Source of the DNA: Macrostomum lignano
Lineage: Eukaryota
Length of the DNA stretch: 64,000 nucleotides
NCBI GenBank assembly: GCA_002269645.1
Contig: NIVC01000025.1
Span: 248,001 to 312,000 of the forward strand
Reading direction: 5' to 3'
The position numbers were made by a program, and so were the translations under genes. The notes under the pieces are model-generated. The model was not told the DNA's origin and ran no database searches. It saw only the letters and a list, made by a program, of their open reading frames with translations. Below, one piece after another: positions 36,102 to 49,021 of this stretch. Numbering within the stretch: the stretch's first letter is position 1; each line of letters begins with the position of its first letter.

Positions 36102-36153
36102 ATCTATCTATATATCTATCTATATATCTATCTATCTATCTATCTATCTATCG

Positions 36154-36199
<46 letters not shown>

Positions 36200-36248
36200 A
36201 TATCTATCTATATATCTATCTATATATCTATCTATCTATATATCTATA

Positions 36249-36303
<55 letters not shown>

Positions 36304-36316
36304 ATATCTATCTATA

Positions 36317-36401
<85 letters not shown>

Positions 36402-36412
36402 ATCTATCTATA

Positions 36413-36454
<42 letters not shown>
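35959..36454. repeat. (TATC)n microsatellite, right flank of the PLE
   Basis: Array with TATA and TCGA variant units. Confidence 0.98.
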
Positions 36455-36913
36455 CGGCGCTGCCAGCAATTAAGGTGAACAGTTGACCCCAGCAGCGCAA
36501 CAGCAAATTTTAACCGGCCTAAACCGCAGACGCGGCCATCGCCAGCTCATCATCAGCTGCCGCAGCTGCTGCGCCCAGCTTCGAGTCCGCCGGCAGCGCG
36601 GGCGGCGAACCTGCGACCGTTCGGCCTGGCTGGCCTTCGCCCGGCACCTCGCCTGCGCTGGCCCGGTCGCCGGCCTGCTGCTGATCTTCGGCCTCTGGTC
36701 GATGCTGGCAAACGAAGCCGTTAACAACAGCGGCGGAATGCGCCGGCGCCCCGTGACAGTCGTGAACGTCGGCCTGGTCGCTGCTGTTGTTTGCCTGTGC
36801 CGAGCTACGGCTGCTGCACGGCCGGTTCGAGTTCGCATTCGACCGGGTGGGGACCGGCGAGACTGGGGACCCGGCTGCGGAAAATGGCAGCTTTGGTGGG
36901 GACGTCTGAACTG

Positions 36914-36942
36914 GACAGAGAAAGACAGACAGACAGACAGAC

Positions 36943-36995
<53 letters not shown>

Positions 36996-37005
36996 GGCAG
37001 ACAGA
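36914..37005. repeat. (GACA)n directly after the ancestral stop of paralog A
   Basis: Direct reading. Confidence 0.95.
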
Positions 37006-37344
37006 TATATACTTGCCTTCCAATTAAGCCGGTGAACAAAAGAAAAATTTAATATCAATGAGAGGCACTGTTCTAGTTTTATACTCTTTTGCAGGTCCAG
37101 GAAAATATTGCTAACTTTAAATTGCGCCGCTTGAATATATTTATTAAAGTAAATTTTACAGAAATGTTAGAAAAAACAACAATATGAAGTTATCTGGTTT
37201 AGCGGCTTTTGGAAACAAAAAAAATTAAAATTGTGAAGTGTTTTGTGTGAAGAAAGTTTTTAAAATAAAAGTCGTATTGCTGCAATGCCAAGTTGTCGAC
37301 ATAACCAGGAAAGCCAATGACGATAGATAACCTGACTACGCCAG

Positions 37345-37585
37345 GCAGACACCCCTACACTTGTCAGCCAATAGCGATAGACCACGTGACTTCCCCAGCT
37401 CTACACCCTTACACTTGTCAGCCAATAGCGATAGACCACGTGACTTCCCCAGCTCTACACCCCTACACTTGTCAGCCAATAGCGATAGACCACGTGACTT
37501 CCCCAGCTCTACACCCCTAAACTTGTCAGCCAATAGCGATAGACCGCGTGACTTCCCCAGCTCTACACTCCTAAACTTGTCAGCC
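37345..37585. repeat. 54-bp minisatellite carrying CCAAT-N9-CCACG
   Basis: Period 54 (CCAAT at 37368, 37422, 37476 and 37530). Confidence 0.93.
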
Positions 37586-38989
37586 TTTTGAAATCATATG
37601 TTTAACTTTCTGGTTTAGTAGCAACAGGCTTGGCAACAGAAGTAAGGATATTGCAAACATATAAAAATGAGATCAAATTACTAGGTATAATATTGTATAG
37701 AAAAAAGGAGCTGTATTTTACAAACAGTAAGACCAATGATTTATAAAAGAAGAAAAACAGACAGACAGCTGAAAGCAGCAAAAATTGAGAAGAAAACTAT
37801 TGAAAATATATATACAATACAAGCAAAAAGGTAAATAAAACCGTCATGCCAGCTAAGTATCGAACTGGTTTGAGAAAATTCGAAGTTCAATTGTAATATT
37901 TTAAATTTATTAATAATTTTCTTCGAAATGAAAAAGATGGCATAGAGATAACTAATTAATTTCTGAAGTCAGCAAACAGCATTCAAGTGATTGCGAATTA
38001 AACGAAAAAACCGAATTATGCCTCAAAATATCCGTGCAAAATTATAAACATCAAAACTAATAATACAAATGAGTGAAGAACACAAAAATTCACCGCGTTG
38101 CACTTTGAAACTGAAAACTCAGTTTTTTGATTATTAATTATAGAAAATAAACAAGTAAATACAGATGGAGACCAGGGAAAACGTTCGCATAGAAATACGC
38201 ACACAAACAGCTATAACAGTATTTATTATAACAATAACAATATACAAATAAGGCCGGAGCACCTCTGAGTAGTAATGAAAGCGGCAAAATGCATTTTTAT
38301 TATCTTATAATAATAATAATAATAACAAAATTATAATTATTATATTAGCCAGTAATGGGCCGGTAAGGTACACGCATTTAGTCTGTTTATATATTGCATC
38401 TATAAGGCCTTGCTTTTCGGCATATACTACTATTAACAATATTTAGCTACATACTGCTTAACAATATAAAAAGAACACTTCCAAAAAAACAAAATAAAAC
38501 ATATTGCACGAACCATACTACTCATAACGTTAGTAGAGTAAAGTACCAGTTATTTAAAGCAGCGTCTTTAACGACCGGCAAACAATTCAATGGTTGTAAA
38601 ACTAAATAAATATAGTGAGGTGAAACGCTACAAAAATTCTGTGCTTTGATTAAATTATACAGAGCAGCAGTAGTGTGCAAAAGTAGTATATACTGCCCCA
38701 ACAATACCTTATAGTAATTTAAACTTTACGGTGTTACGAATGAGAACAGATTAAAGCAACGCATCAAGTGGAAAATACTGCTTTAGCTAAGAAAATAAAG
38801 CCAACCAGCTCTAATTGAGTGCATTAAATCACTGGACCTGTGAAATACTAAACAAAAGCTTAGCCTGTTACTGTAAGTAGATAAAAAGCACATTTTAAAC
38901 CATATATTGCTTTGGAAACAGTATATACGATAAACTAAGATTCAGTATCCGCTCCGCTTGCAGTTCCTGAAGCTTCCGCACTGAGGAGA

Positions 38990-39423
38990 GCGGAAAGGAA
39001 GATTCAGGGGCTCAGGGGGGGGGGCGGAGGGGCAGATTCAGTGGCTGAGGGGGGGGCGGAGAGGCAGATTCAGGGGCTGAGGGGAGCGGAGAGGCAGATT
39101 CAGTGACTGAGGGGAGCGGAGAGGCAGATTCAGTGACTGAAGGGAGCGGAGAGGCAGATTCAGTGACTGAGGGGAGCGGAGAGGCAGATTCAGTGACTGG
39201 GGGGAGCGGAGAGGCAGATTCAGTGACTGAGGGGAGCGGAGAGGCAGATTCAGTGACTGAGGGGAGCGGAGAGGCAGATTCAGTGACTGAGGGGAGCGGA
39301 GAGGCAGATTCAGTGACTGAGGGGAGCGGAGAGGCAGATTCAGTGACTGAGGGGAGCGGAGAGGCAGATTCAGTGACTGAGGGGAGCGGAGAGGCAGATT
39401 CAGTGACTGAGGGGAGCGGAGAG
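38990..39423. repeat. 30-bp minisatellite 3' of the paralog B stop
   Basis: gagcggagaggcagattcagtgactgaggg units. Confidence 0.95.
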
Positions 39424-39457
39424 ATACGGTTCAAATGCCCAATAAACTGAAGGCTGA

Positions 39458-39958
39458 TCAAGGCTGAACAAACACGGTAGCCAAAGGATCGGTGGAAATA
39501 TGAATAGTATTATCATTATCATTATTATTATTATTACTACTAGTACTATTGCTAGGTTTAATATGGTTATTATTGTTACCGCTGCTGGTGCTGTTCCGAG
39601 TCCGGCTGGACTTTTCGCTCAGCCTGGAGATGACGAACTCGAAGCGGCCATGCAGCAGCCAGACCTCGTAGACGGCGAACACCAGCAGTGCCAGGCCGCC
39701 CATGGACACCAGGCCGACGTTCACCACGGTTGGCCGGCCGTCCAGCGGGTGCAGCAGCGACCAGGTGCCGAACGTGATGAGGAATCCGGCAATGAGCAGC
39801 ACGGAGATCAGGTGGCGGCTGAACGACAGGCAGGCCTGGTGATCGCAGGCCCGGCGGCCGCGGTGCCGTCGGATGAGCAGCTGGGCTCGGCACACCTAGG
39901 GGGAGGGGTGGGAGGGGCAGAGCGATTTATTTATTAAGCGACAGATAGCCAGACAAGG

Positions 39959-40018
<60 letters not shown>

Positions 40019-40035
40019 CAGACAGACAGCCAGCC

Positions 40036-40092
<57 letters not shown>

Positions 40093-40271
40093 CAGACGGA
40101 CAGACAGACACAGACGGACAGACAGACAGACACAGACAGACAGACAGACAGGCAAAGACGGACAGACAGATAGACAGAGAGACAGACAGACACACAGACA
40201 GACAGACACACAGACAGACAGACAGACAGGCACAGACAGACAGACACAGAGACACAGACAGACAGACAGGC

Positions 40272-40322
<51 letters not shown>

Positions 40323-43300
40323 GTACAATATCATCAAGAACTCCACACAGACCAAGCAGTCCCACACAAACCTGGCAGGAGATGATGAGACGCCGCCGGC
40401 CGCCCTTATACACGGAGTCCTCATAGAAGCCGGTCTCCAGACAGCTAATGTGCAGGTAGCGGTCCGGACAGTGACAGGGCAGCTTCTGCCAGCGGATTAC
40501 GCCGGGATTATCGTCCAATTGGATGCCTATTGTCCGGCCCTGTAGAAAGTACATTGAGAACATTTAAGTAAAAGAACAGTTGACAGTTTATCAATGCTAA
40601 CTAATCTCTTAGCATCAACCAAAATTAATCTTAGCTCCATCAGCTAGCCAGCCAATCAGAATGAATCTTAGCTCTATCAGCCAATCAGATTGAATCACAG
40701 CACTATCAGAGGGCCAATCAGAATGAATCTTAGCTCCATCAGCCAGCCAATCAAAACAAATATCAGCTCAATCAGCCAGCCAATCCGAATGAATCTTAGC
40801 ACTATTAGCCAGCCAATCGGAATGACTTTCAGCATCATCAGCCAGCCAATCAGAATTAATCTCAGCACTATCAGCCAGCCAATCAGAATGAATTTCAGCA
40901 CTATCAGCCAGCCAATCAGAATGGGTCTCAGCAGTATCAGCCAGCCAATCAGAATGAATTTCAGCTCTATCAGCCAGCCAATCAGAATGGGTCTCAGCAC
41001 TATCAGCCAGCCAATCAGAATGAATTTCAGCTCTATCAGCCAGCCAATCAGAATGAATCTCAGCACGCTACTATCAGCCAGCCAATCAGAATGAATTTCA
41101 GCTCTATCAGCCAGCCAATCAGAATGGGTCTCAGCACGCTACTATCAGCCAGCCAATCAGAATGAATCTCAGCACGCTACTATCAGCCAGCCAATCAGAA
41201 TGAATCTCAGCACTATCAGCCAGCCAATCAGAATGCAGCGAGCCTACTCACGTGGGAATTCTTCAAGCAGGTGTCGCACAGCGGGCACAAATCGTCGCAG
41301 AAGACGGTATCATTATCGAATTCCTCAAACGCCACGCTAGGCGACTGGTTATCGTCGCAGCTGCAGCCGTCTTCCCCCAGGGTTGCAATCTGGTGATTGG
41401 AGCTGACCGCATTCTGCGACTGCAACCGCTGCTGGTGCTGACGCCTGCGGCTTTGCAGGAGCTCCGATTTGCTTGTAAAGTTGCCACATTCGGATGCTGA
41501 ACTGCCAGCAGGAGGACCGTCGGCAGAGGCAACCAAATCAGCTGAGGCGTTCGAGGCTGGATGCACAGAGGTTTCGTCCACTCTTTTCACGCTGAATTGT
41601 CTGCGGAACCCGGCCAGGAATGCAGTTTGAATTGAATGAATTGCACGACTATGATTTTGAGCTCAATTGAACAGACTCATTCAATCCAACAGACGCACAT
41701 ATACTAGAATAACTAGATGGGCCACTCAGCACATTTGCGTGTAAACTACTTTCAGTTCAGTAGTAAGTTAAACTGAAGCATTTTAATGTATTTTTAAAGA
41801 CAAGGCTACTTCATTAACTCCCATTACCCCCGCTTAAACCCTCAAACTCCACACAGAACCTCTACCCCCGCCCCGCCACCCAATTTTTATTGCCTTTCTC
41901 GGTATTCCAGCCTAAAGCTGCCATGTACATTTCAGTGGACTGGCTAATGTACATTATGGCTGAACCAATTAGCCAGTTGTTTACGCCTGCAAGCTTGGGC
42001 TTCTGAACTTATCAAAGTCATTTCAGCTGCCTCTATTTTTATAAAATAGCTTATGTATTCTTCTTTGCTACTGAACTGAAAGTAGAAAGCTGTTTTGCTA
42101 AGCATATATGCCTGAGTGGTCCATCTACTTATTTCTAGTATCTCAGGCCAAGAAGCGTCTCAGAGTCATTTGCGTCATCCCAGAGTCGTTGCAGGTAACA
42201 CAGGTGAAATAGGAAAAAAGACGCTTCTCAAACGACGAGATGTCACGGTACAAGTCGCAAAAAAGTGGTCAAACAGTCATATTGAGGCGTTTTTTGTCTG
42301 CGACTCTGAAACGACTCTGGGGCCGTAGAGTCGTATCTGAGACGTGCCAGCTCTATTTAGTCTACTTGAGTCAGTAGTAAGTTAAGCGCTAACACAACGA
42401 CTCTTGGGGATGACTTTTTCACGACTCTTACGGTTCTGCAACTTCATAAAGTCGCCTGAGTCACTAGTGAGCTAGTACTACAAAGAAATCTGCCTGAAAT
42501 ATCTTCTCACAGCTAATATTCAATGGCTTAAGGCTTAAAGCTATACAACTGTGATTGAGCACAATTGAGCATAGCACACTTGTAGTGTGACTTACCAGCT
42601 TACATTCAATAGAATGTTAAAATATCAATCATAAAATGAAATGCTAAAATAATGCTTTACTAGGAATATAAAACGGCTGCATTTTCTTCACAACGACATT
42701 AATGTGTTAATATGGCAATAATTATTGTATAATAGATCGAAAAAATAAAAAAGCTGTTTAAATATTGGACGAATTGACAAATTTTAAAAGCGTGCCCAAC
42801 ACATAAAGTCAGAATGGAAGACAGACAGACAGACAGACGACAGAACGACAAAAAAGAACAGATGTAGACAAATACGAACAGAAGAACAGACATACAGAGG
42901 AACAGACACAGACAGACAGAGGAACAGGCACAGACAGACAGAGGAACAGGCACAGACAGGCAGGAACAGACACAGACAGAGGAACAGGGGACACAGACAG
43001 GAACAGACACAGACAGAGGAACAGGGGACACAGACAGAAAGACACAGAGGAACAGACACAGACAGAGGAACAGGGGACACAGACAGGAACAGACACAGAC
43101 AGAGGAACAGGGGACACAGACAGGAACAGACACAGACAGAGGAACAGGGGACACAGACAGAAAGACACAGAGGAACAGACACAGACAGAGGAACAGGGGA
43201 CACAGACAGGAACAGACACAGACAGAGGAACAGGGGACACAGACAGAAAGACACAGAGGAACAGACACAGACAGAGGAACAGGGGACACAGACAGGAACA

Positions 43301-44322
43301 GACACAGACAGAGGAACAGGGGACACAGACAGAAAGACACAGAGGAACAGACACAGACAGAGGAACAGGGGACACAGACAGGAACAGACACAGACAGAGG
43401 AACAGGGGACACAGACAGAGGAACAGGGGACACAGACAGAGGAACAGGGGACACAGAGAGGAACAGACACAGACAGAGTAATCCATTCGATACAGACAGA
43501 GAAGCAAGGCTTTTAACCTTGCTTAATAGCGGCTGCTAATGCAATAAAACAAAAAAATGAAAACACTCGGCCCTAAACATATATTCGTCATCACATTGAT
43601 TGAAATCGTCAGCAGAAAACCAAACAGTTACCTGCGATGCAGAGAAAGTCTAAAATACACAAAATTTACAGAAATCGGTCATCACAAATAATTAGAAATC
43701 GCATCAATCCAATTAAACTAATTAAATAGACAACGCAACACCTCTCTCACCTGTGCCCTCCGTTGCCGGCTGCAGATGCAGACGAGGACGCCGAGGACGA
43801 GGCGGCGGCAGCGGCAGCAGCGGCGGCGGCAGCGGAATTCGCGGAGGCGCCGGAGGCCGCAGCGGCGGCAGCGGCGGCGGCGGCAGCAGCGATGATGGCG
43901 CTGTGCGCGAGCGGCCGGCCGCCCCGAGGCTGTCCGCCAACCGTGAGGCTGTTGGCCTGGGCGAGCGCCTGCTGCTGTCGAACAATTCGCGAATTCGCTG
44001 TCGGCGGCAGCGGCTTGTACTGCCCAGATAGGAGCTGCTGCCGCTGCTGATGCAGATGCTGCGGTGGCTGCAGCCGATCGCCGACGGCGGCCTTCGCCGA
44101 GCCGTGCCGCGACAAGCCGGCGTTTCTTGGAGAAGCGACAACAGCGGTGCTGGCAGCCGCGGCGGACCGGGCCACCGAGGATGTTGGCGACTTCTTCGAG
44201 TTGTCGGCAGTCGGTCCGGAAGCGGCCGGAAGGCTTATCCGTCTTGACTGCTGCTGCAACAACTGGCAATTGTTGCCGGCGTTGCTAGGCAACGGGCTCG
44301 GCTTATCGGCTTCGTCGAGCAT
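39458..44322 (-). CDS. RING-CH (MARCH-like) two-TM E3 ligase-like protein, paralog B, at least 4 exons
   Basis: Exons 44322 (ATG; acceptor-defined exon start 44426)-43751, 41591-41252, 40539-40372 and 39895-39458; phases 2,0,0 are consistent. Encodes a low-complexity Ala/Gln/Ser N-terminus, DLCPLC...PCHCPDRYLHISC...CQVC, two hydrophobic helices and an Asn-rich tail. Confidence 0.8.
39959..40322. repeat. (GACA)n filling the last intron of paralog B
   Basis: Direct reading. Confidence 0.96.
40640..41234. repeat. ~33-bp CCAAT-box minisatellite filling paralog B intron 2
   Basis: atcagccagccaatcagaatgaatctcagcact units. Confidence 0.95.
41704..42138. mobile_element. ~435-bp MITE with ~30-bp TIRs
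   Basis: Left CTAGAATAACTAGATGGGCCACTCAG, right CTGAGTGGTCCATCTACTTATTTCTAG; TA on both flanks; inner inverted motif ctactttcagttcagtag; second copy at 12181. Confidence 0.85.
42822..43498. repeat. GACA-derived compound minisatellite in paralog B intron 1
   Basis: gacagaggaacaggggacacagacaggaacagacaca units. Confidence 0.93.
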
Positions 44323-45002
44323 GGTTGCTGGATGCTGAGAGGCGGCATCGCTTGGATCCGGCGCATCTGCTGCCGGTTGGTCAGCCGCCGCGGACACGGG
44401 TTCAAGCCTTAGCGACTCCACAGTGGCTGCAAGAATTACCGATAAATAACTGTAGCGCTCAGTTACATTGGTTACACAACATATCGCTATGAGATACAAT
44501 TAAGCAAGCACGCCTACTGACATCTTTTGAGACCCTTAGACTAACTAGCGTGGCCGGCAATTAGTTAACAAAAAGTGATTAGCGATCCGAACACGCCATG
44601 CGTGCCGCTCTCATCAACCTGTATATTATCCAAAAGTACACAGAATCTAGACTAGAACAAGATTCTCCAATTAATGTAGAAGCACTGTTATGCAAGTAAT
44701 TTGAGAATAAATTATTATAAAAGTCACGATTTTCCTCGTCCCATGAGATAAGACCCTGGGTAGACTATAATATTGATTTTTTAGGCTGATTTGACTAGCA
44801 AAATTGCTAAAGCAAAAGCCATTAATTTTCTTTTTTTTCTTCTAGGGTATAAATTTAAATTACATCCACTTTAACGATAAATGAACTTAGTCAGGCCGGA
44901 AATTTGAATAGTCACGTGACTGACTGTTAATCTAGTCAGACGTCTATGCGTTTGGGAAACTAACTTAGAGGACAAATGAAAATCATCTAACTATGATAAG
45001 GG

Positions 45003-45628
45003 TTCAGAAGCGATTCTCATACGAGTAGACAGTTCAGAAGCGATTCTCATGGACAGTTCAGAAGCGATTCTCATAGACAGTTCAGAAGCGATTCTCATGG
45101 ACAGTTCAGAAGCGATTCTCATAGACAGTTCAGAAGCGATTCTCATAGACAGTTCAGAAGCAATTCTCATAGACAGTTCAGAAGCGATTCTCATAGACAG
45201 TTCAGAAGCGATTCTCATAGACAGTTCAGAAGCGATTCTCATAGACAGTTCAGAAGCGATTCTCATAGACAGTTCAGAAACGATTCTCATATTCTGTTCA
45301 GAAGCGATTCTCATATTCTGTTCAGAAGCGATTCTCATAGACAGTTCAGAAGCGATTCTCATATTCTGTTCAGTAGCGATTCTCATATTCTGTTCAGAAG
45401 CGATTCTCATATTCTGTTCAGTAGCGATTCTCATATTCTGTTCAGAAGCGATTCTCATATTCTGTTCAGAAGCGATTCTCATATTCTGTTCAGAAGCGAT
45501 TCTCATATTCTGTTCAGAAGCGATTCTCATATTCTGTTCAGAAGCGATTCTCATATTCTGTTCAGTAGCGATTCTCATATTCTGTTCAGAAGCGATTCTC
45601 ATAGACTCTCGACTCTCATAGACGGCTC
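45003..45628. repeat. 24-bp minisatellite with two variant domains
   Basis: cagttcagaagcgattctcataga grading into ctgttcagaagcgattctcatatt. Confidence 0.95.
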
Positions 45629-46261
45629 AGAAGCGATCCTCCCCAAAGAAAGCAAAAACTAACAAAGGAACTTACACATCAGCTGACAGAAATATTGAGA
45701 AGCTGCTCATAGAACGGTTTGTTTTTATGGCCTGTTGCAGAAAGGGTGCTAAAAGAATGGATGGATAAACTACGTGACAAGAGGAAAGCTCCACAAGATA
45801 GAGTGATATATGACTGACTGCAGAAGAGACCGAGAATTAGCGGTGGCCAATAAACAGAGAGCGCTGCTCTCACAACTATCTAACCAATCACTCCGACTGC
45901 AGTCGGGGCATAAGCATTAATCTGACATCAATGCATCATCAGTAGACTATACGGCTACCATAAAGTGTCAGCATATGATACATTTGATACAGACTTGACC
46001 CTGGCACCTGATTGTAGGTGTCGCACGTTTACAAGTTCACAGTTTTTATTGCACCTCTCTATCTTAAAGAGTATCAAAATGCATTTTAACCCTTTTTAGT
46101 CATTTTATTAGCTGACAAATGTCGGGCAGATTTGCTAGATAAGCAGCATTTCAATTTTGAGAAAATTTGAGAAAAGTTTAAATAATTAGTACCGGAAAAG
46201 TAAAATGAGTTTCTAACTATTATCATATAATCATTAGGACAGCTAACCATGGCCCTAGCGG

Positions 46262-47672
46262 CAGATGCCATGGCTCAAGTGGAAGCTGCTGAGATGTCAT
46301 GGCTCAAGTGGGAGTTGCTGAGATGCCATGGCTCAAGTGGAAGCTGCTGAGATGTCATGGCTCAAGTGGGAGTTGCTGAGATGCCATGGCTCAAGTGGGA
46401 GTTGCTGAGATGCCATGGCTCAAGTGGAAGCTGCTGAGATGTCATGGCTCAAGTGGGAGTTGCTGAGATGCCATGGCTCAAGTGGGAGCTGCTGAGATGT
46501 CATGGCTCAAGTGGGAGTTGCTGAGATGCCATGGCTCAAGTGGGAGTTGCTGAGATGCCATGGCTCAAATGGGGAGTTGCTGAGATGCCATGGCTCAAGT
46601 GGGAGCTGCTGAGATGTCATGGCTCAAGTGGGAGTTGCTGAGATGCCATGGCTCAAATGGGGAGTTGCTGAGATGCCATGGCTCAAGTGGGAGTTGCTGA
46701 GATGCCATGGCTCAAGTGGGAGTTGCTGAGATGCCATGGCTCAAGTGGGAGCTGCTGAGATGTCATGGCTCAAGTGGGAGTTGCTGAGATGCCATGGCTC
46801 AAGTGGGAGTTGCTGAGATGCCATGGCTCAAGTGGGAGCTGCTGAGATGCCATGGCTCAAGTGGGAGTTGCTGAGATGCCATGGCTCAAGTGGGAGCTGC
46901 TGAGATGCCATGGCTCAAGTGGGAGTTGCTGAGATGCCATGGCTCAAGTGCATGGGAGCTGCTGAGATGCCATGGCTCAATGAGGGAGTTGCTGAGATGC
47001 CATGGCTCAAGTGGGAGTTGCTGAGATGCCATGGCTCAAGTGGGAGTTGCTGAGATGCCATGGCTCAAGTGGGAGTTGCTGAGATGCCATGGCTCAAGTG
47101 GGAGCTGCTGAGATGCCATGGCTCAATGAGGGAGTTGCTGAGATGCCATGGCTCAAGTGGGAGTTGCTGAGATGCCATGGCTCAAGTGGGAGTTGCTGAG
47201 ATACCATGGCTCAAGTGGGAGTTGCTGAGATACCATGGCTTAAGTGGGAGTTGCTGAGATACCATGGCTCAAGTGGGAGTTGCTGAGATACCATGGCTAA
47301 ATGGGGGAGTTGCTGAGATGCCATGGCTCAATGAGGGAGTTGCTGAGATGCCATGGCTCAATGGGGGAGTTGCTGAGATGCCATGGCTCAAGTGGGAGTT
47401 GCTGAGATACCATGGCTAAATGGGGGAGTTGCTGAGATGCCATGGCTCAATGAGGGAGTTGCTGAGATGCCATGGCTCAATGGGGGAGTTGCTGAGATGC
47501 CATGGCTCAATGGGGGAGTTGCTGAGATGCCATGGCTCAATGGGGGAGTTGCTGAGATACCATGGCTCAATGGGGGAGTTGCTGAGATACCATGGCTCAA
47601 TGGGGGAGTTGCTGAGATACCATGGCTCAATGGGGGAGTTGCTGAGATGCCATGGCTCAAGGAAGATGCTGA
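46262..47672. repeat. 29/30-bp minisatellite with a gccatggc palindrome
   Basis: gctgagatgccatggctcaagtgggagtt units. Confidence 0.96.
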
Positions 47673-49021
47673 GGCATAGAAAGTCTGATCTTGGAGGCAA
47701 TTATTTTAAAAATAACAGCTTTGACTATAGAAATATTAGAAAAATATACACGTTTTTAGAATTTTTTTCTTTTCTTTGTTGCCTATGATTACCCAACGAG
47801 GGAGATTTACATTGAGAGTAGAAAGCTAGATTTTGCATTAGTATCTATACATCCTAGTCTAAAAATAGGTCCGTCCATTTTATTTCATTTGCAATATTCC
47901 CGCCCGTGGGAATAAACTGATTGAGAGCTTGACGACCCAAGGAGGCCTCAAATGAAAAAAAACTCGAGCAGGGATTTATTTATTTTTTTCATTAAATTTA
48001 AAGTCGGCCTTATTTGTAAAACTAAAACTTTATAAGTTCATAGTAATAATTCAAGGCTCTCAGAGCGTCTGCTTGGTCGGTTCCCACGCTGCTTGAGTCT
48101 TCTTCTCAAGGGGCATCGGATATGTTGGAATGGGAAGGCACAGATTTCAGACCCGCCAATCTGCAGGATATATACGGTGCATGTAGTATAGTATATATAT
48201 ATAAAGGCCGAAAGCTTCCAAGCAGCTCCCAAACCCGCTCCAATACACAAGGATGGGGCTTTCGCCAGCTCTCAATCTCTCCCCCTCCTCTCTCAATATA
48301 TCTAGCTAGACTCAATATATTAAATTATTATCGCAGACACAAATCTAGAGCAGGCTCTCGGCAAGCCTGGTTGCCAAGGCTTGGGGGGGGGGGGATGACG
48401 GGGATGGGACGGAATAACCTCTGGGGGGATTCTGCTCGTACAGTTGGAAGCCGGCACAGTCAGGGGACACATTGACATTACACACACAAGGGAGCATAAA
48501 AGTACAAAATAAAACCTACACGCACGCGTGTCAACAGTCGGTGCCAAGAAGTTTCTACATACATGTGTATCAGATTCTATCAAGCATTTTGTTGATTAAT
48601 TGACAGATTCGTGACTTTGGCACGCGAAGATCCAAAACGATTCATAAAGCAAGCGTGCCTGATATTGCAGTTACGGAATGAAGGTCAAACCTTTTAGATT
48701 TCAAAATTTCGAATGCAAAATTCTGTTGCAGCTTGCAAGATCCACGTGACCATGGCAGGGACACTTAAGTTCAGAAATCTGAACTAGAAAGAACCTGTCT
48801 TTCTTCTGAGTTTTTATTATTGACTTCTTTCATTCTCATAATTTAGGCTTTATGAAGTTTCAATTTCAACCCTAAGAAATTGTGATTGCCTGAAAGTCTT
48901 GTATAGTTGAGATCTTGTGAAAGTAAATGCTTAACTTTTAGGCGCTGTGAAATATTGGTCTTGTGAATGTGCCCTGTTTGAAAATATTTTAGATTTTGTT
49001 TATCCCTTCCTAGGTGCTGCT

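Noticed and set aside
39012-39461. Mucin-like (PLPSVTESAS)n extension of paralog B
   Set aside because: It lies after the stop at 39458-39460 in a different frame; a 30-bp repeat artefact.
40330-40345. Box C (UGAUGA) in the shared intron cassette as a snoRNA
   Set aside because: No box D or terminal stem follows; only (CTGT)n.
42150-42480. GAGTCG/CGACTC-rich inverted segments next to the MITE
   Set aside because: Possibly another MITE relic, but I could not define its ends or TSD.
43718-44338. Overlapping GC-rich ORFs on both strands, also at 11483, 22184, 36470, 52532 and 59248
   Set aside because: Shadow frames of real GC-rich exons.
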